From positions 1 to 51,247 of IMG/VR virus record IMGVR_UViG_3300005261_000065: a stretch of DNA of 51,247 nucleotides; one strand, written 5' to 3'. Below the pieces are notes generated by a model, which was not told the origin of the DNA, ran no database searches, and worked only from the letters and a program-made list of their open reading frames with translations. Origin of the DNA: a virus. Taxonomy: Duplodnaviria > Caudoviricetes. Below, piece by piece: positions 46,601 through 51,247 of this stretch (position 1 is the stretch's first letter; each line of letters begins with the position of its first letter). The translations under genes were made by a program, and so were the position numbers.

Positions 46601-48939
46601 GCACTGCCGGCATGACGGAGAAGGAAGCCGGAGAGTTCCACCGCCTGATCCGCAGCCTCAAGCGGGACCTGACAGACGAGCAGCTCCGCAAGGGGGACAA
46701 CCCGGCCAAGATAGAGGCCACAGACAAGATCATCGCCGCCTACCGTGATTTCTGGAAGCAGGTCGACCAGACCGAGAAGCGTAACCAGGGCAATATGCTG
46801 TCCGCCTTCCGCGATATCCTCGGCTATCGTGGCGAGTTGGACAAGCTGAAAAACGAATGGGGGCGCCTCAAGGGATACGCCCCCCGTAACCGCAAGGACG
46901 GTGACTGGCATGTTTCCGTCTATACCACCAACGACGAAGGCGAGCGGGTCAAGGTTTACATGAAGCCGACTATCACCGAGGCCGGCGCCAAGAGCCATGT
47001 TGCCGAGGTTCGAGCCAACCTGAAGCAGTATCTGAAGAGCAACTTCGATCCGGATGCGAAGTACGAGGTGGAATACGAACGCAACCAGGCCACCCCGCCG
47101 GAACTGCTGGCCTGGAAGGGCTCCGAGGTTGCGGTGGAGGCGCTCTTGAACCAGGCGTTTGACCGGGCCGGGATGACCGGCAAGATGAGCGTGGAACAAT
47201 GGCAATCGCTGAAACACGAGGTTTTTCAGGAGATCGCCAAGCAGATCATGGCACAGGGCTTCGGCCGGCATGGTATCTCCCGTGAAGCGCAGTTTATAGA
47301 GGGCTACAAGGATGAGGATTACCAGGCTGTGATCAAGGAATACATCAGCGGTATGGCCGGGTGGCTCTCCAAGATGCGCTTTGCGATCGAGACTACTGCG
47401 GCCGCCAAGGATATCAGTAAGGCGGATCCGGGTGACAAGGTCTGGGTCAATGACTATGTCCAGGATGCCATGAAGAATAGTACCTATATGGACGAGATGG
47501 CGGCCACGGCCCGCAGCGTCGGGGCCGTCTATTACCTGGGCTTCAAGGTCTCCTCGGCGGTCCTGAATGCCTTCCAGAACTATACCGTCGGCCAGGCTGT
47601 CCTGGCCGGCATGATGAAAAAGGCGGGACGCAAGGGAGAGGCAGTGTTGATGCTGGCCAAGGCCCAGCGGGATATGGTCATGCACGCCACCGGCAAAGGC
47701 AAGTTGACAGACGAGGAGATCAAGGTACTGCAGCAAGCGGTGCGTCAGGGCACGGCCCATGCCCAGACGGTGCGCAGTATGAGCGGTTTGTCGGAACAGG
47801 GTTTCGGCAATAAGTGGAAAAAGTTCGTCGAGCTGGGCATGACCCCCTTCTCCTGGGTCGAGCAGTATGTCAACCGCGAGCCGGGGGTGCTGGCGGCCTA
47901 CCGGGCATTCAAAACAACGCCGGGCGGGACATTCGACCAGGCCGCTTTCGATAAGGCCGAGGAATTCACCAATAGCGCCCACTTTCTGATGGGCAATGAG
48001 AACCTGCCGGAGATGGTCCGCAAGATGGGCGCACTGGGCAAGTCTCTATACCTGTTCCAGGGTTACACCCACAACTATATGCTTCTCATGGCCAATGCCC
48101 TGAAGAATGGCGAGTTCGGCGTAATTGCCCGCAGCCTGGGCGCTATCGCTGCCCTGGGCGGAGTCTTCGCCCTGCCCGGCGCCGATGATCTGGACAAGTG
48201 GATTACCAAGTGGTTCGGCGTCTCGTACAAGCTGAAGTTCAAAGGGTGGATGCGCGAACACGCCAAGGAGTACGGCACTCCGGGCGCGGCGATCGAGGCC
48301 TTCGTTAACTACGGCGCTCCTTCGGTGGCCGGCATCGACATGTCCAAAGCGATCGGCGTCAACATCCCCTTCGTCTCCGACCCGGATAAGACCTTTGGCG
48401 AAAGCCTGTCCGGAGTGTGGGGCGGGATGGTTAAAAAGCCGGTCATGGCTGCCCAGGCCTTGGGCAGCAACCAGTATTACCGGGCGATCGAGAGCATGAT
48501 GCCGGAGTTCGCCGCCAATCCGATGCGGGCCTACCGCCAGATAACAACCGGGGCGACCACCCTGGCCGGCAAGCCGATTATGGATGAGACCGGGCATCAG
48601 ATGAAATACAGCGGTATGGATTTTGGAAAGAAAGTACTTGGCTTCAACCCGGCTGACGTTAGTGAACGGACCGGGATGAAGAGCATCGAGCGGGATCTGA
48701 CGTCGACCTGGAACGACGACCGCAAGGACAAACTGGCCGCCCTGCGCGTGGCCACAACGTCGGAAGATATCCGCAAGGCTGTCCAGGATATCTACAAGTT
48801 TAACCGCAGTCTGTTCCAATCCCAGGTCAAGGGGCTGGTAACCCCGATATCGTCCGAATCGATCCAGCGGGCACGTCAGTACAAACCGACCAAGGCTGAT
48901 CGGAACCGGGCTCAATGGGAACGGAATCAGCTTGATTAG
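40699..48939 (+). CDS. giant polyvalent internal virion protein (2746 aa)
   Basis: Pyrophosphatase-like domain (AGNYKKGH...HYGY...DHIDVF...FDEHKVMLGF), LPD1-like (HEWAH; EMFARAF), two HExxH zincin-like units, MuF-C/PBECR-like nuclease domains (IDSSAIRHIRKQHG), PLxRFG-type helical C-terminus. Confidence 0.85.
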   Translation: MAIRKKGLAGTPCFSKIPELVDPISKSPSPITRDIQQWTDAYVDSGMTGKEAIIKAVEDCIRLVEVERTEIHKLIGQKGESINDSQPRETAEIMRETGIRDQGPGKENQPPVPGPQSPVDQAAHEAATSPANEIPEPTQAQIEAGNYKKGHVDFQGLDISIENPAGSMRKGVDTNGKAWETELAHHYGYIKGTIGRDKDHIDVFIGPEHDSEKVFVVDQIDPASKKFDEHKVMLGFDSLASARAGYLANYDKSGKSRIGAITESSLDEFKQWLKDGDTKREFASAVEKAATSGPSAAPIKSESKNKVVDAGEELTYNKRNRIKSGIKWADVQDKNDALKAREVQKGNVYPKPDYEALVTDGMEPIVAHIVKQVYDSIAAKPDVRGIASDADFQTYITAVNRVMEGALRWANDKAAVAAWVGKQAKSAGAMLGRSTSLSDLTPSTSLYDTIYPGGWREFSSEVHILGGNKALKALQPGYNETRRAIKEIDLGWPAKTEAWQRQGYKIVSSDGFEVKEVPQGKDRGSIFFVRKPTGSGNYQYLDAAHFYSRDEAQKYLDDMKPALLFNKRGRLVDSFDTEDLAKDAARNAIKKEDSGATIKERGMNVADAERTGPRHREEGEDITAEKLMDTIGFKGVNFGNWVPNDERQMHLNHAYDSFLDLADVLNLPPRALSLNGMLGLAIGAQGSGSYAAHFVPGVNEINITRTMGAGSVAHEWAHAVDHYFATQAGFAGAGAPWMTVLQKNGAKGEVRPEIIKAISDIVQTMQKREATPEELAVRAKTAEESGRRKLESWLKYFEKEFSGNESAAGELAVLMDSIRKGDYQRGEEAYVTIVPGRGRSMGTAVLSIVADVRDLAKKYKLRIPTDNIKALHSNVAYVKFLEDREEGDHKPQLTMTKFQAAANKLDAERGKTSKPYWSTPLEMFARAFDSYVTDKLEAKAQANSYLSHTGRESDTVPMGDERKTINAAFDKLIGELKTKETDKGIALYKQAADATVTGLKVSAIAHIPGRHGEAVQSVSDLPGHVQEQMRADGVTAAKGVYDPVADRVYLVADHIADAKESATLVLSHELTHKGLAALGEQGRQYLKAIAIGHPKEMAAIVQQAKEQGRTISRIDAANEYLAREGETKLNPKLWQRIVDLVKDAWAKLTGKPAGDKEVREVLAKVRESLQESRDPGYMMAQSFRANIAKFFDGSDYESIPHHFEVAIPSAKLKEAGITATIQLKKTTIKRKMGEDADHAYTKEVLNQLPSSVNDPIMVIEHPNGNKDVVTGMKINNRQVLVAIKTIQVGPQMEIASIRTIFGKPDSAIQGWLRGGRRVWYDKEKAHKWLELSRATTQPVYPGINELSANSIPFSDETVKSSAAHIQYMTAWHGSPIQAKFKLVDRTPTGIRAEDVRPWVKTLPIAGHVNVVQSIEDLPPAARSQIKAARVNPNRVKAMELHGTIYLIADNVEDMHTAKALVIGHELAHAGQTEKIVDFAVDWFKRTKGRKGEPFESAHALLERIAYRYGYDLENEAHYRRAVQEATAAIAERVADGKFAKAGLMTALFIRIKYWLRKAGLINHVSDSELSLAVAEMLRIGEKRLSTGLGGEQAQFAKSVSEIENIILQSDRPGNIHLKADLGEASAWLADEAEKAGLEIHGFKHIIDSSAIRHIRKQHGDMEKEASRGQIGITDADILKLPEVIAHPDKVAFGTVNRIGRDQIVYLKKLEDGTTLYFEEVRTGRRELAAVTVRKYPATMDAVSILATLNPNARSDGGNEIIITNGPEQSTKYAKFALLDESIAAHAAKISAPQKVSDMTKGLFELVSQSIPERLKANIGKVFSNPWFGSEGKPIRRKVVNLNIERSQNRNEIISDLFKASEGYSGVEGLDNILKKASKEEHKQFNELIKYGDRNDVAQVFTQDELYRGKTPFGKLSRNVVEAYKAFQEVMQAANRVRFQQLDELSLLPYKDQEWYDDLIELLNGNAQRTAGMTEKEAGEFHRLIRSLKRDLTDEQLRKGDNPAKIEATDKIIAAYRDFWKQVDQTEKRNQGNMLSAFRDILGYRGELDKLKNEWGRLKGYAPRNRKDGDWHVSVYTTNDEGERVKVYMKPTITEAGAKSHVAEVRANLKQYLKSNFDPDAKYEVEYERNQATPPELLAWKGSEVAVEALLNQAFDRAGMTGKMSVEQWQSLKHEVFQEIAKQIMAQGFGRHGISREAQFIEGYKDEDYQAVIKEYISGMAGWLSKMRFAIETTAAAKDISKADPGDKVWVNDYVQDAMKNSTYMDEMAATARSVGAVYYLGFKVSSAVLNAFQNYTVGQAVLAGMMKKAGRKGEAVLMLAKAQRDMVMHATGKGKLTDEEIKVLQQAVRQGTAHAQTVRSMSGLSEQGFGNKWKKFVELGMTPFSWVEQYVNREPGVLAAYRAFKTTPGGTFDQAAFDKAEEFTNSAHFLMGNENLPEMVRKMGALGKSLYLFQGYTHNYMLLMANALKNGEFGVIARSLGAIAALGGVFALPGADDLDKWITKWFGVSYKLKFKGWMREHAKEYGTPGAAIEAFVNYGAPSVAGIDMSKAIGVNIPFVSDPDKTFGESLSGVWGGMVKKPVMAAQALGSNQYYRAIESMMPEFAANPMRAYRQITTGATTLAGKPIMDETGHQMKYSGMDFGKKVLGFNPADVSERTGMKSIERDLTSTWNDDRKDKLAALRVATTSEDIRKAVQDIYKFNRSLFQSQVKGLVTPISSESIQRARQYKPTKADRNRAQWERNQLD
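40990..41054. repeat. intragenic inverted heptamer arrays
   Basis: GGGATCA GGGACCA GGGACCA ... CAGTCCC CGGTCCC CAGTCCC CGGT. Confidence 0.85.
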
Positions 48940-48959
48940 AATTCGGTTTGCAGGTACTA

Positions 48960-48979
48960 TCCGCCATAATTATTACGGA
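48960..48979. promoter_or_regulatory. Palindromic operator-like motif before the lysis module
   Basis: TCCGCCATAATTATTACGGA. Confidence 0.7.
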
Positions 48980-49023
48980 TAGAAGGAAAACCTTCAATTC
49001 ATTTCCTGACGGGGAGCCCCATC

Positions 49024-49539
49024 GTGCCAGAACTTAAAGAACTGAAGGATGATATCCATGGTCTTGGCCTGGAGGTCGCCGAGCTGAAGCCTCTTGTGCG
49101 CGAAGTGCACAACTATATGCCTCGCATCGCGGAAGCCCTGGTGACTCTGGCACGGATTACCGAAAAACTGGAATCCAATACCGAGGATCACAAACGGATA
49201 CATCATCGCATCACCGATTTGGAAAATGGGGTTCGTGGTGTGGAAACAGATTTCAAGGATCTGTCAATAGTTACCGCCAACAACCAGGGACGGCTGGAGG
49301 AAAAGTTTAACAAGCTGCGAGACGAACACCTGGAATGCATGACGGCCAAACGAGTTGAAAAGGTCGAGCGCCGTAAAGGGATGTTCAACCGGATCAAGGC
49401 CAAGTTTGAGGAACGTGTGGTCGACATCCTGGTTTGGCTGTTGATCAGTTTTACTGTCTGGATGGTATTGAACCATATGGTGCTGTATTCGAGCTCCGGA
49501 CTGGCCGGGGCCGTTAAAAAAGCGGCAGGAGGGGGATAA
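49024..49539 (+). CDS. coiled-coil membrane protein (holin-associated/XhlA-like)
   Basis: Long coiled coil plus C-terminal TM; first gene of lysis cassette. Confidence 0.6.
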   Translation: MPELKELKDDIHGLGLEVAELKPLVREVHNYMPRIAEALVTLARITEKLESNTEDHKRIHHRITDLENGVRGVETDFKDLSIVTANNQGRLEEKFNKLRDEHLECMTAKRVEKVERRKGMFNRIKAKFEERVVDILVWLLISFTVWMVLNHMVLYSSSGLAGAVKKAAGGG

Positions 49540-49545
49540 AGCTAG

Positions 49546-50097
49546 ATGGATATCGAAAAATACAAGGAAATGCTCGCGGGTTACGGCATCAATACACCTG
49601 TTCGCCTGGCCGCATTCTTGGCTCAGTGCGACCACGAAAGCGGCGGATTCAAGCGCCTGGTGGAAAACCTGAACTACTCCGCCGAAAGGTTGTGTCAGGT
49701 CTGGCCGAACCGATTCAACCCGAAAAATACCGGCATCTATGCGGGCCACCCGGAACGCATCGCCAACAAGGTCTACTCGGACAGGCTTGGTAACGGTCCG
49801 GAGTCAAGCGGCGACGGATGGAGATACCGGGGACGTGGTTACATCCAGTTGACCGGCAAGGGCAATTATTCCGCATTTGCCAGCTACAAGGGAATGACCC
49901 TCGACGAGGTGATCACCTTTCTGGGTACCGAGGATGGCGCCCTGGAGTCGGCAGCCTGGTTCTGGAAAACCCACAGCCTGAACGTCTACGCCGACGCCGG
50001 CAATATCCGCGAGCTCACCCGCCGGATCAATGGCGGCTTTAATGGTCTGACACAACGCATGGCTCTTTACGAAAAATATCTGCAGGCCGTGAGCTGA
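49546..50097 (+). CDS. glycoside hydrolase family 19 endolysin
   Basis: AAFLAQCDHESGGF, ENLNYS, DGWRYRGRGYIQLTG, SAAWFW, RRINGG. Confidence 0.95.
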   Translation: MDIEKYKEMLAGYGINTPVRLAAFLAQCDHESGGFKRLVENLNYSAERLCQVWPNRFNPKNTGIYAGHPERIANKVYSDRLGNGPESSGDGWRYRGRGYIQLTGKGNYSAFASYKGMTLDEVITFLGTEDGALESAAWFWKTHSLNVYADAGNIRELTRRINGGFNGLTQRMALYEKYLQAVS

Positions 50098-50100
50098 TAC

Positions 50101-50259
50101 ATGGAATGCCCGCGGTGCGGATGCATGACGGAGATACACTACCACACCGTCTCGTCTGGATGCGGCAGCCCAGTAGAAGGTGCTCACTGGCACTATTATT
50201 GTCGCGACAAGTGGAGATGTGGTCATGAGTGGTCGATGCTGGTGGAGAAGAAAACATGA
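50101..50259 (+). CDS. small zinc-finger protein (52 aa; not in ORF track)
   Basis: MECPRCG...YYCRDKWRCGHEW; TGA overlaps holin ATG. Confidence 0.6.
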   Translation: MECPRCGCMTEIHYHTVSSGCGSPVEGAHWHYYCRDKWRCGHEWSMLVEKKT

Positions 50260-50543
50260 GATTGGTTGAATTTTTACGCGGGCAGATGTCCGAGGCGGAT
50301 GGAACCCCCAGCAACAACAGAATCATGCTGTTTCTTTTTCTGACAACTGTCATGCTGCTTTTGCTGACGGTTGTTTTTGCACCCGTCTTTCGGCCGGGAC
50401 TGGTGATCAAGCTCCCGGATATCCCACCATCATTTGAAACCTTCGTTGAGTACATCACCGTGTTCCTGGTTGGTGGAAGCGTACTCGGCAAAGGGGTGAA
50501 CGCATACCGGGACATCAAAGTGGCTGGAAAGGAGTCCGCCTGA
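50256..50543 (+). CDS. putative holin
   Basis: Two TM segments, SEADGTPSNNR motif, charged C-terminus. Confidence 0.7.
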   Translation: MRLVEFLRGQMSEADGTPSNNRIMLFLFLTTVMLLLLTVVFAPVFRPGLVIKLPDIPPSFETFVEYITVFLVGGSVLGKGVNAYRDIKVAGKESA

Positions 50544-50695
50544 TGGCCCGGATCTGTTTTCGTTGCCGCATCAACGGGTCTATGGTTTGTGATGGGCCAT
50601 GCGGTGCATGCGGCTGTCTCTGTCCAGGCCATATGCCACAACCGGCCGGGTATGATGAATACACGGGGAATCCGCCAAAAAAGGAGGAAACATGA
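50543..50695 (+). CDS. small Cys-rich protein (50 aa; not in ORF track)
   Basis: MARICFRC...VCDGPCGACGCLCPGH; AAGGAG RBS; coupled at both ends. Confidence 0.55.
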   Translation: MARICFRCRINGSMVCDGPCGACGCLCPGHMPQPAGYDEYTGNPPKKEET

Positions 50696-51126
50696 TATCG
50701 CTGGCCAATCAGAACCCCTACATGCTCTATATCAAAATCGGCCTGGCAATGGCGGCGGTGGTGTTTCTCTTCTGGCTGGGCTGGCACGAAATGGGAATCA
50801 GAGCCGATCTGCAGATAAAGACCGCCGAGGCTGCTATGCAGAAGGCCACGACCGAGATGTACGCGAAACAGTTCCAGGACTATATCAATTTGAACAAGGA
50901 GATCGCCGATGCAGTCAAAGATATCAAGATCAAGAGCAACAATTACATCCAGACAATCGAGTCGTCACCGCCTCCCGTGGCTGCTGATGGCGATACTGTT
51001 GTGTTGGTCCCTGCCGGCGTGCCAATCGGCCCCACCCTGCCCGCCGTGTCCGGACACGAAGATAACCCTGCAGGTCGAACATCCGCCGGCGCTGCGGGAG
51101 ATCCAGGCGGTCAAGCGGGGAAGTGA
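50692..51126 (+). CDS. i-spanin (Rz-like)
   Basis: N-terminal TM, coiled coil, Pro/Ala-rich tail. Confidence 0.75.
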   Translation: MISLANQNPYMLYIKIGLAMAAVVFLFWLGWHEMGIRADLQIKTAEAAMQKATTEMYAKQFQDYINLNKEIADAVKDIKIKSNNYIQTIESSPPPVAADGDTVVLVPAGVPIGPTLPAVSGHEDNPAGRTSAGAAGDPGGQAGK

Positions 51127-51247
51127 ATACTGTATCCCCGAGCGCGGACGGAAGGATATGCTGATCGACCTGGAGATGCTCCGGGCCTGGGGAGCGGCGA
51201 ATCAGAAGATCATCGAGGAGTTCAACGGGAGGGGCGATGAAAAATAA
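50909..51247 (+). CDS. o-spanin (Rz1-like lipoprotein)
   Basis: Overlaps Rz in another frame; lipobox LPAC then Pro-rich region; start may be 50987. Confidence 0.75.
   Translation: MQSKISRSRATITSRQSSRHRLPWLLMAILLCWSLPACQSAPPCPPCPDTKITLQVEHPPALREIQAVKRGSEYCIPERGRKDMLIDLEMLRAWGAANQKIIEEFNGRGDEK

Noticed and set aside
40699-48939. N4-type virion RNA polymerase
   Set aside because: No polymerase motifs recognised; domains match polyvalent proteins

Overview
An almost entirely + strand, 51 kb segment of a temperate, podovirus-like tailed phage or prophage. The host is probably a Geobacter/Desulfuromonadales-type deltaproteobacterium; this is inferred from the heptamer repeats and composition, not shown. 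Gene order: Cro/CII-like regulators and small early genes; a DHH phosphoesterase; an integron-like module (two low-GC ORFs, one attC site, an attI-like site and an intact IntI-family integrase); PnuC-like, Dam and DUF5131 genes; a C4/IsrK-like antisense RNA switch; replication genes; terminase with a class 3 LAGLIDADG intein; portal, scaffold and N4-gp56-type capsid; tail and receptor-binding genes; very large ejection/polyvalent proteins; and a lysis cassette (GH19 endolysin, holin, spanins). No repressor or conventional phage integrase lies in the window. The most notable signals are: (1) a phage-borne integron apparently holding phage genes as cassettes; (2) G-rich heptamer arrays, intergenic and inside virion genes, where they bracket domain-sized modules; (3) a palindromic TCCGC-CATAATT(ATT)-GCGGA motif at the head of each functional module; (4) a tandem structured leader upstream of the capsid gene. 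All family assignments come from motif recognition by eye, with no database searches.
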